Notes under the pieces: model-generated | Seen by the model: the letters and a program-made list of their open reading frames with translations, nothing else | What the model was told of the DNA's origin: nothing | Database searches by the model: none | In this document: one piece after another, positions 15,394 to 22,196 of the stretch | Layout of the letters: each line of letters starts with the position of its first letter | Numbering within the stretch: position 1 is the stretch's first letter | Source: a virus | IMG/VR virus record: IMGVR_UViG_3300021225_000247 | Span: 1 to 40,762 of that record | Strand: one strand, 5' to 3' | Length of the DNA: 40,762 nucleotides | Program-made: the position numbers and the translations under genes

Positions 15394-15612
15394 TTAGCTC
15401 CATGATTCTTGAACTTTTTTAATATCCTGGTCTAACTTGTTTAGATACTCATTTGCCATTCTTGCAACGATTGGCATTTTGTTTGCCTCCCATTCTTCGT
15501 CAGTGCAACCCTGAGATTTTACCGCGTGGTAAACAGTTTTTACAAAAGCAGCATCGGCTACTAATTCGTTAACCTTGTCAAAGTGGTTTTTTAATTCATT
15601 CCATGTCATCAT
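15394..15612 (-). CDS. Hypothetical protein (72 aa), first gene after promoter repeat copy 3
   Basis: ATG-initiated ORF 32 nt downstream of the repeat. Confidence 0.5.
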   Translation of the reverse strand: MMTWNELKNHFDKVNELVADAAFVKTVYHAVKSQGCTDEEWEANKMPIVARMANEYLNKLDQDIKKVQESWS

Positions 15613-15643
15613 GATAATTGGTTTTTGTTATTTTCAATACGTA

Positions 15644-15691
15644 AATTTAAATATAATTATTTGAATAAAAAAATATTTACAAAAATAAATT
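15644..15691 (-). promoter_or_regulatory. Conserved AT-rich promoter-like repeat, copy 3 of 3
   Basis: tcaatacgtaaatttaaatataattatttgaataaaaaaatatttacaaaaataaat is nearly identical to copy 2. Confidence 0.6.
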
Positions 15692-15724
15692 AAAAAAAAG
15701 TGAGGCATAATTTCTATACCCCAC
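15692..15724 (-). terminator. Weak intrinsic terminator abutting promoter repeat copy 3
   Basis: On the minus strand, stem gtgggg / cctcac (one G-U pair) is followed by eight T residues. Lies just after the stop of CDS 15749..16483. Confidence 0.45.
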
Positions 15725-15748
15725 TAAAACAAAACCAAATTATGAAAC

Positions 15749-16483
15749 TTATCTTAATAAAACCTTTCTCCAAACGGCTAACTTGTAAGCAAGTGCGCGG
15801 GCACGTGGCATATTTCCTTCTTCAATCTTTCTCATGTGGTTCTTTCTATCAATTAAATTATCTGAATCGGGCTTTTCCTGCTTTGCCATTTCCTGCGCCT
15901 CAGCCCACAAGGCTTCCTTTTCCCCCTCGTTCCATTCATTAATATAACCACGTTTAACACATTCGTCGTACCAAAACACTGGTATTTCTTCCAGCGGCTT
16001 TTGAAAGTTTTTCAGCTTATTATCAAAGTCCTTATCGTATTCCTCAGCCACTTTGCCCAGGCGTTTCATTCTTTCTTCTTCTTCTTTCTTCGCCTGCAAA
16101 TCTGAATCCATGGCGAAATATATCTTTTGCCTCCAGGTGATGTACGCGGTTATTATTCGCCCAATGGCATGAAGGTCAACTTTTCCATATAATTTGTGGT
16201 CATTAATATCAAGTTCCTGTTTTGCAAATTTTTCAAAAGCCAGTTTAATTTCATCGACGGCAAGTAATTTGTAATTTGAAATAAATTCGGTAACCTCCAT
16301 TAAGTGTTCTGCCTTTGGCTCAATGCCATACACGGGAAGCAGTTGGCTTAATGTTTGTGCAATTTTGGGAATAGCTTCTTTTGTTCCTGTTTTAAAAATC
16401 CTAAGTTCGCGGTTTTGAATAACAAGCTGCACGTCTTGTATTTTCTCTTCCACGCGGTTTGCAATAATTGGTAAATTATTCAT
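15749..16483 (-). CDS. Hypothetical protein (244 aa) downstream of the replication initiator-like gene
   Basis: Long ORF with no Walker A motif and no recognisable domain. Confidence 0.55.
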   Translation of the reverse strand: MNNLPIIANRVEEKIQDVQLVIQNRELRIFKTGTKEAIPKIAQTLSQLLPVYGIEPKAEHLMEVTEFISNYKLLAVDEIKLAFEKFAKQELDINDHKLYGKVDLHAIGRIITAYITWRQKIYFAMDSDLQAKKEEEERMKRLGKVAEEYDKDFDNKLKNFQKPLEEIPVFWYDECVKRGYINEWNEGEKEALWAEAQEMAKQEKPDSDNLIDRKNHMRKIEEGNMPRARALAYKLAVWRKVLLR

Positions 16484-16498
16484 AATTGGTTGGTTTTA

Positions 16499-17509
16499 TT
16501 AATCTTGAAACTTTGCCATGCGTTCTGCAAGCAATTCCTGAATCCTGTCATTATACGCTTTGTCCTTCGCCGCTGGGCTTGTGGTTTGATATGCTGTAAA
16601 TATCTTTGAGGCTTGAGAGTAAAGGTTGGCTATGGTGAAATTTGCCCTCAGCCATTTGTCATTCAATGACCATGCGGCTTGAATAAACACCTTCAATGCC
16701 TCAATGCTATTGCCCTGCTTATCTATTTTGTCAATGTACCGCATTAAATAAACCATTTGCCCTGCATCTTTTGGCATCATTATGTAATGTCCATTTTGGT
16801 CAGTTGGGTACGCTGCACCGGATAACGCTTCAAAGGTTTGGCAAAACACGGTAAAGGCGGCGTAAGTGGCCGAGGGCTGGCGCTCAGCTTTCGGCTCGGC
16901 GGCTTTTCTTTCTTTTGGCGCAACTTTTCTTTCTTTTTCACTTTGCAACTTAGCAACAACGGTAAAGGGGTTTACTTTGGGGCTTTGGACATTTGTTTCA
17001 ACTTTTGTAAAGTCGGTAAAATCTGAAGGATTTTCAATATTATCTGAGTTAGTAAATGTATTTAGTACTTGGTTAGCAACTGGTATAGGTTCGCCCATTC
17101 GTGAAAATCGATTTGCCCTTTTGGAAATATCCATTTGCCCATTTGGTAAAATGGTATTTCCCTTTTGGTCAAATTCATTATCTGGTAAATGAAAGTTATC
17201 TGAAAGGTATAAATCTTCATTAACAAAGGCATACCAAATCGTTCTGTCGTACCCGATTTTATTATAATTACCTTTTATTAAAATACCTTTATCAACAAGA
17301 CTTTCGATAATCCTTCGCACCTGTTTTTCGCTCCAAAAGCTAAAATACAAAGCCAGTGACTTATTCGTATTGTAAGTCCAATACTTACCATCATTAAAAT
17401 TATTGCCATTAGCCTTATTTAACCTTATCCAAAATTGGAAAGATTTTATCATAATAGCTTCGTCAATACCGTAACGATTTGCAAATTCAACGTTAAATGA
17501 AAACTCCAT
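16499..17509 (-). CDS. Replication initiator / replisome organiser-like protein (winged-helix N-terminus, putative)
   Basis: The N-terminal segment YGIDEAIMIKSFQFWIRLNKANGNNFNDGKYWTYNTNKSLALYFSFWSEKQVRRIIESLVDKGILI resembles phage replisome-organiser / DnaD-like wHTH domains. A structured non-coding region lies upstream. Confidence 0.5.
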   Translation of the reverse strand: MEFSFNVEFANRYGIDEAIMIKSFQFWIRLNKANGNNFNDGKYWTYNTNKSLALYFSFWSEKQVRRIIESLVDKGILIKGNYNKIGYDRTIWYAFVNEDLYLSDNFHLPDNEFDQKGNTILPNGQMDISKRANRFSRMGEPIPVANQVLNTFTNSDNIENPSDFTDFTKVETNVQSPKVNPFTVVAKLQSEKERKVAPKERKAAEPKAERQPSATYAAFTVFCQTFEALSGAAYPTDQNGHYIMMPKDAGQMVYLMRYIDKIDKQGNSIEALKVFIQAAWSLNDKWLRANFTIANLYSQASKIFTAYQTTSPAAKDKAYNDRIQELLAERMAKFQD

Positions 17510-17514
17510 AAGTT

Positions 17515-17547
17515 ATAAAAAATGCCAACGAGTAGCAGTTCGTTGGC
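17515..17547 (-). terminator. Terminator-like stem-loop 1, ending 6 nt upstream of the initiator-like gene start codon
   Basis: 8-bp stem gccaacga (17524..17531) / tcgttggc (17540..17547), loop gtagcagt. On the minus strand it is followed by attttttat. Confidence 0.4.
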
Positions 17548-17577
17548 AAAGGTTAGAACAATGGTTTGTTCCAATTT

Positions 17578-17609
17578 CCTTTTGAATACCTGCTACGCCA
17601 TTCAAAAGG
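17578..17609. promoter_or_regulatory. Perfect 10-bp stem-loop 2 whose loop is complementary to the loop of stem-loop 1
   Basis: ccttttgaat (17578..17587) / attcaaaagg (17600..17609). The loop acctgctacgcc contains ctgctac, the reverse complement of gtagcag in loop 1. Confidence 0.5.
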
Positions 17610-17870
17610 ATAAGCAAATATACGAAATTCTTTTTACTTATTTCTTTTGTTTTTTAATAATAAAAAATTAACGGTGTGTTTTAACACCAAGATACGAGGC
17701 TCGTTACAACCTACGTGCGACACCCTATAACGATATTCCCAGGATGCTGACTTTTTGTCCGTACGCTCCCATTATTTCAGGGACAACTCTTTAAAAGATG
17801 GCTACTTTCAAGCCTACTTACCGTTAATTATATTTTTTAATCAAAAAATATACAAAATTTCCCTTAAATA

Positions 17871-18284
17871 TTACTCATTTTCATTAAATTTCATCATTAA
17901 AGGCAAATCACAAACTAAAGAAAAAGCAATAATTTCTCCCTCTGGTGGAGCATACATATAATTCTTTGTTTCATCGCAATATCTAAATTCATAAATAGGT
18001 TCTGGAATATTATCTGTTTCAATGTAAATACCTGTTGAAAATTGTAAAACGTTTTCATCTTCTGATTCATGTTTTATCAATAACATTAAATCAACCATAT
18101 CACGCTGCAAATCTTCAGATTTTGACCAGTGAACGACTTGAGAAACTGGAGTAGTTTTTGGGTCATGCCAAATAATTACATGTTTAAAAACATTGTGTTT
18201 CCCTATAATTTTTGGTTCTTCGCCATATTTAGCTTCATAGCTTAAAAACTCTTCATTCCAAATTTTATTCATGTTAATTTTCAT
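17871..18284 (-). CDS. Hypothetical protein (137 aa from the ATG at 18284)
   Basis: Start moved to MKINMNK because that ATG forms an ATGA overlap with the stop of the small upstream ORF. Confidence 0.5.
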   Translation of the reverse strand: MKINMNKIWNEEFLSYEAKYGEEPKIIGKHNVFKHVIIWHDPKTTPVSQVVHWSKSEDLQRDMVDLMLLIKHESEDENVLQFSTGIYIETDNIPEPIYEFRYCDETKNYMYAPPEGEIIAFSLVCDLPLMMKFNENE

Positions 18285-18421
18285 ATTATTTTGTTTTTGT
18301 TTTTCCTTTTTTTCCACGGCGGATTCCCAATCGCGCTTTGCATTTCCATGTATTTTACCACGGCTGGCGGTGTTTCGTATGTCAAAACCTTGTCCAAGGC
18401 TGCTTTAATGAAATTTGCCAT
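18281..18421 (-). CDS. Small hypothetical protein (46 aa, MANFIKAALDKVLTYETPPAVVKYMEMQSAIGNPPWKKRKNKNKII)
   Basis: Translated by hand. The ATG begins one nt after the methyltransferase stop, and the ORF fills the gap in the ORF track. Confidence 0.4.
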   Translation of the reverse strand: MANFIKAALDKVLTYETPPAVVKYMEMQSAIGNPPWKKRKNKNKII

Positions 18422-18422
18422 A

Positions 18423-18998
18423 TTACTTTCCTCCCAGTTTAACGAACAACAATCCCCAAGGCGTTACCTCCGTTGTTTCCCTAAGTAAGTCAAAACCGTG
18501 GCGTTGAAACAAGGCTACCCATTCGTCTTTTTGTTTTAAGTTAATATGACCCCATTCAATGTCGAAGGCTGGATCGGCTGAGGCGTAAGGCGTACTGGTG
18601 AAATAAAAATATTTGTTGCAGGCTTTGTAAAGAATCGGCATTACTTTATTTATCTCTTCGTCGGTCATGTGTTCAAAAACCTCAGTAGAGTAAATGGCAT
18701 CGTAACTGCCATGCGTTTTAAGTTCACCAAGTAAATATCTTCCAGGCTCAACGCCCTTGCTTATCGCAAATTCCCTTTCATAAGGGTTAATGTCGTAACC
18801 CATGTAATTATACAAGCCAACGCGCTGACAAGCGGAAAGAAAGAAACCAAGTCCAGAGCCGAACTCGAAAACACTTTCGCAGCCCAGACTTTGCAAAACC
18901 TTTGCGCCGTTGGTATGCAAGTCAACCAGGGGTTCATAGTCGCGCGTGGTAAAACCAAGCTCAACGGATTTGTCAAAAAAGAATTTGTTATCAATCAT
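18423..18998 (-). CDS. Class I SAM-dependent methyltransferase (Methyltransf_11/23-like); first gene of the leftward arm
   Basis: VFEFGSGLGFF (motif I), GYDINP (motif II acidic residue) and YDAIYSTEVFEHM (motif III region). Confidence 0.7.
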   Translation of the reverse strand: MIDNKFFFDKSVELGFTTRDYEPLVDLHTNGAKVLQSLGCESVFEFGSGLGFFLSACQRVGLYNYMGYDINPYEREFAISKGVEPGRYLLGELKTHGSYDAIYSTEVFEHMTDEEINKVMPILYKACNKYFYFTSTPYASADPAFDIEWGHINLKQKDEWVALFQRHGFDLLRETTEVTPWGLLFVKLGGK

Positions 18999-19041
18999 TT
19001 GCTTTTGTTTTTGTTACCATGTTCCTGAGGGCAGGAATAAG

Positions 19042-19109
19042 GTTACAAAGTTACAAATATATTCTTAAAAAATATTTTAAATTTAATAACAAATAAATTA
19101 TTATCTTTG
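19042..19109 (+). promoter_or_regulatory. Divergent control region: tandem gttacaaa repeat plus a TAnnTTTG box upstream of ssb
   Basis: gttacaaa occurs at 19042..19049 and 19050..19057. tatctttg at 19102..19109 matches the Bacteroidota -7 consensus TAnnTTTG and lies 17 nt upstream of the ATG at 19127. Confidence 0.45.
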
Positions 19110-19126
19110 CAGAAAGAAAAAATAAA

Positions 19127-19540
19127 ATGATAAAATTAATAGTTGCAGGTCGCATTGGTCAGGATGCTGAAATAAAATCGGTTGGCGATACAACCGTTTG
19201 CTCTTTCTCCGTGGCACACACGGAAAAAACATTTGGAAACAATCCCACGGAAAAAACCGTTTGGGTCACTTGCTCAATGTGGGGTGAGCGTGGTTCCAAA
19301 CTTGCACCGCATTTGGTAAAAGGTACGTATGTTGTCGTAGAAGGAACAGGCGGCGTAAATGCGTACATGAAAAATGGAGAACCGACGGGGATTATTTGTT
19401 GCATGGTGAATAATATCGAGTTTGGAGGCAAGGCAACGCCGGGGGAGAACACGTCTGGCGGTTATGTTAATCCATTGACGAATTCAGTTGCACAGGAATT
19501 AAAAAAAGAATTAAACGCCGACGAACCATTCCCATTTTAA
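19127..19540 (+). CDS. ssb: Single-stranded DNA-binding protein
   Basis: OB-fold-type N-terminus (MIKLIVAGRIGQDAEIKSVGDTTVCSFSVA...VWVTCSMWGERG) and an acidic/aromatic C-terminal tip ADEPFPF. Confidence 0.85.
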   Translation: MIKLIVAGRIGQDAEIKSVGDTTVCSFSVAHTEKTFGNNPTEKTVWVTCSMWGERGSKLAPHLVKGTYVVVEGTGGVNAYMKNGEPTGIICCMVNNIEFGGKATPGENTSGGYVNPLTNSVAQELKKELNADEPFPF

Positions 19541-19541
19541 T

Positions 19542-19766
19542 ATGACACCTGAGTATCAAAAGCAGTATCGGGAAAATATGACCGAGTACCAAAAGCAAAA
19601 GCAAAAGGAATATTTCATGCTTTATCACCAAAACCAACCACCTGAAAAGAAAGCTGAAAAAAGGTTAAGAAATCAAGCATGGTATCAAGCGAATAAGGAG
19701 AGGGTAAATAAATACCAAATGGAACGTTATTACAGATTAAAAGAACAAAAAAATGAATGTGAATAA
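19542..19766 (+). CDS. Tyr/Gln/Lys-rich small protein; paralogue-like to 11421..11672
   Basis: EYQKQYRENMTEYQKQKQKEY ... YQANKERVNKYQMERYY shares the Y..N.E..N/K.YQ periodic motif. Confidence 0.5.
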   Translation: MTPEYQKQYRENMTEYQKQKQKEYFMLYHQNQPPEKKAEKRLRNQAWYQANKERVNKYQMERYYRLKEQKNECE

Positions 19767-19926
19767 ACAAACGCCCGCCGTGTTTTCGGTAAGTTATCGG
19801 GACGAAAAAATAAGAAAGAAGTTGTTGGACTTACAATTTCAACTCTGGAAGGAAACTAATGTTAAACACTCAATGGAAGAGGTATTAAATATTTTATTGG
19901 ATAATTACCAAAAGCACAATAAATGA
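19753..19926 (+). CDS. Small hypothetical protein (57 aa), possibly ribbon-helix-helix-like
   Basis: Translated by hand: MNVNKQTPAVFSVSYRDEKIRKKLLDLQFQLWKETNVKHSMEEVLNILLDNYQKHNK. ATGA overlap with the next gene at 19923..19926. The strand-helix-helix pattern is only a guess. Confidence 0.35.
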   Translation: MNVNKQTPAVFSVSYRDEKIRKKLLDLQFQLWKETNVKHSMEEVLNILLDNYQKHNK

Positions 19927-20927
19927 GGTTAGGCATTGTAACCAATTTAACCAGTCCAACAACCGATTACTACCGTTCGGTAAATCCCTTCATGCGGCTT
20001 CGCTCTCAGATGGTAAATCTTCATATTACGTATTTGAATCCTGAGACGGTAAAGTGGTACGATTTTTACGACGTTGACGTTATCCTCTTCCAACGCCCCA
20101 ACGGCGAGGGAATGTTATCCATGGTTGCGGAGGCAAAGAAGATGGGTAAAAAAATCATTCTTGACCACGACGATCTTTTGCATGAGGTCAACGCCGCAAA
20201 TCCAGCGTCGGCACACTTCGGGAAACCTCAGGTAAAAGAATCGGTTGAAAAGGCTTTTAAGTATGCTGATTTTATCATTGTATCAACACCATTTCTCAAA
20301 GAGTTTTATAAGCAATTCTTTGACGAAAGCAAGATAATGATTATCCCAAACGCCATTGACTTTCAAGTGACGCCCCTTTGCCCCGTGTCACCTGATAAGC
20401 TGGAGGCAAAGATTAAACGCGTGTTGTGGCGTGGAAGCATGACACACATTGAGGACTTGAAAACGGTTGATACATTTTGGCATTATGTGAGCAGCCGCAA
20501 GGACACCGAGGTTGCATTCATTGGTATCCCTGAATGGCTCGGAAAAACATTGTATCCAAATGTTAAAGTCATACCGTGGAACAATTCTTTGTTTCAGTAT
20601 TTCGAGCTGATAAAAAACAGTGCGGCACATTACGCCGTGTTCCCTTTGACAAACGACAATTTTAATCAAAGCAAGTCAAATAACTTTGCGATGGAAATGT
20701 TGGTCACAGGTTGCGTTCCTTATGCACCGAAGGAAATTACGGAGTTCAATGTTCCAGGGGTTCGGTTGTACGAGGGCAACGACGATTTGACAGGGCAATT
20801 TAAACAGGACTTGGAAAATGATAGTAATTATTTCAATCATTTGCAGGCTGGAAGGAAATGGCTTTTGACTGAGCGAAATTTGCTTACCGTCAACAACAAA
20901 AGAAAACAAGTGTTAAAAGGATTATGA
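19923..20927 (+). CDS. GT-B-like glycosyltransferase (putative)
   Basis: Two Rossmann-like halves. The first has MRLGIV.., DVILFQRP.., KKIILDHDDLL, ADFIIVSTPFL and IIPNAID. The second has RVLWRGSMTHIEDL, VAFIG and PLTNDNFNQSKSNNFAMEMLVTG, which resembles the PL....FN..KS..K..E motif of a GT-B family. Confidence 0.5.
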   Translation: MRLGIVTNLTSPTTDYYRSVNPFMRLRSQMVNLHITYLNPETVKWYDFYDVDVILFQRPNGEGMLSMVAEAKKMGKKIILDHDDLLHEVNAANPASAHFGKPQVKESVEKAFKYADFIIVSTPFLKEFYKQFFDESKIMIIPNAIDFQVTPLCPVSPDKLEAKIKRVLWRGSMTHIEDLKTVDTFWHYVSSRKDTEVAFIGIPEWLGKTLYPNVKVIPWNNSLFQYFELIKNSAAHYAVFPLTNDNFNQSKSNNFAMEMLVTGCVPYAPKEITEFNVPGVRLYEGNDDLTGQFKQDLENDSNYFNHLQAGRKWLLTERNLLTVNNKRKQVLKGL

Positions 20928-21499
20928 AGCTAAAGGATATTAAACCAAACCCAAACAACCCACGGGTCTTGAGGGATGAGAAATTTCAAAAGCTAAAGCA
21001 AAGCATCACCGAGTTTCCTAAGATGCTTTCGCTTCGCCCTATGGTCATTGATGAAAACAACGTCGTTTTGGGTGGAAACATGAGGCTTCGCGCCTTGCAA
21101 GAACTTGGATTTACAAACGTGGATGAAGCATGGGTAAAACGAAGCAGCGATTTAACCGAGGAGGAAAAGAAGCGCTTTATCATTGCGGACAATGTAGCCT
21201 TTGGCGAATGGGACTGGGACACACTGGCGAACGATTGGGACGTGGTGGACTTGGAAGCGTGGGGGTTGGAAATACCGCAGTTTAAAGCGGTTGACGTTGA
21301 TTATTCAATACTTGATGACGATGACGTTTCCCAGCAACTTGAGGACATGACCGACGGGGTAAAGAAGGCAATACAAATAGAATTTGAAGCCGAACATTAC
21401 GAAGAGGCTTTCGCATTGGTTAAATATTGGAGAGGCATGAAGGCATACGTTGGAGGTATGATAATGGAATACTTAAAGGCTGAAAAAGATAAATTATGA
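20924..21499 (+). CDS. ParB/Srx N-terminal domain protein with an acidic C-terminal region
   Basis: IKPNPNNPR, KLKQSITEFPKMLSLRPMVIDENNVVLGGNMRLRALQELG matches ParB N-terminal-domain boxes, including the GxxR arginine patch. Confidence 0.75.
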   Translation: MKLKDIKPNPNNPRVLRDEKFQKLKQSITEFPKMLSLRPMVIDENNVVLGGNMRLRALQELGFTNVDEAWVKRSSDLTEEEKKRFIIADNVAFGEWDWDTLANDWDVVDLEAWGLEIPQFKAVDVDYSILDDDDVSQQLEDMTDGVKKAIQIEFEAEHYEEAFALVKYWRGMKAYVGGMIMEYLKAEKDKL

Positions 21500-22194
21500 A
21501 AATGATTCAAGATTCTATTAATGGAATTAAATTTTATCATCGGGAGGGTTTTTCAGACTTAAAAACATTCAAAGAGGTTATTGGTAATAAAGTTTATGAG
21601 AAAAAAGGAATGACAATAAAGCCAAATGAAAGATGGATGGATTGCGGCGGAAACGTTGGTGCATTTACTTTGTTAGCTTGTTCAAAAGGGGCTGAGGTTA
21701 CAGTTTATGAGCCTGACCCTTTCAACTGTCAAATGATTGAAGAAAATTTAAAGCTAAATGGATTTAAGGCTAATATCAAGGAAGCGGCTTTGGTTCATAA
21801 TGATGTGAAAGAATTAATTTTATTTATTGGGAATAATAATAATGTATGGAGAAATTCCATCGTTAAAAAATGGAATAATAAAGGAATTAAAGTTGCGTGT
21901 TTAAACTTTGATGAAGAGGCGAAAAATTTCGATTGTTGCAAGATGGACATTGAAGGGGCTGAAATGTTGATATTAGAAAACACGAAAAAAGTATTTTCTA
22001 AATTGGTTTACGAATGGAGTTTTGATATTGACGATAATTTGCCGAGGTTTTGGAGTATCATTGAAAAACAAAAAAAACAATACTCAGACTTAAAAGACGT
22101 TGGCAATACGGCAAAGTTTAAAACAAGAGATTACAATACATGGCAGAAAAGTTGGTTTCCAGCGTGTACAAATGTTTTTGCATTTAATCAATAA
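21496..22194 (+). CDS. FkbM-family SAM-dependent methyltransferase
   Basis: WMDCGGNVGAFTLLAC (glycine-rich SAM loop), VYEPDP and the hallmark KMDIEGAE motif. Confidence 0.75.
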   Translation: MKMIQDSINGIKFYHREGFSDLKTFKEVIGNKVYEKKGMTIKPNERWMDCGGNVGAFTLLACSKGAEVTVYEPDPFNCQMIEENLKLNGFKANIKEAALVHNDVKELILFIGNNNNVWRNSIVKKWNNKGIKVACLNFDEEAKNFDCCKMDIEGAEMLILENTKKVFSKLVYEWSFDIDDNLPRFWSIIEKQKKQYSDLKDVGNTAKFKTRDYNTWQKSWFPACTNVFAFNQ

Positions 22195-22196
22195 TT

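Noticed and set aside
9827-15691. Three similar repeats of about 55 bp were considered as a CRISPR-like array or as mobile-element ends.
   Set aside because: The copies are 1.2 and 4.6 kb apart, AT-rich, all in the same orientation and always in the 5' region of genes. There are no regularly spaced short spacers, no inverted-repeat pairs and no transposase.
17755-17961. The plus-strand 68-aa ORF in the large non-coding region.
   Set aside because: It has a non-ATG start, a low-complexity AT-driven translation and an orientation opposite to all neighbours. It also overlaps the 3' end of CDS 17871..18284.
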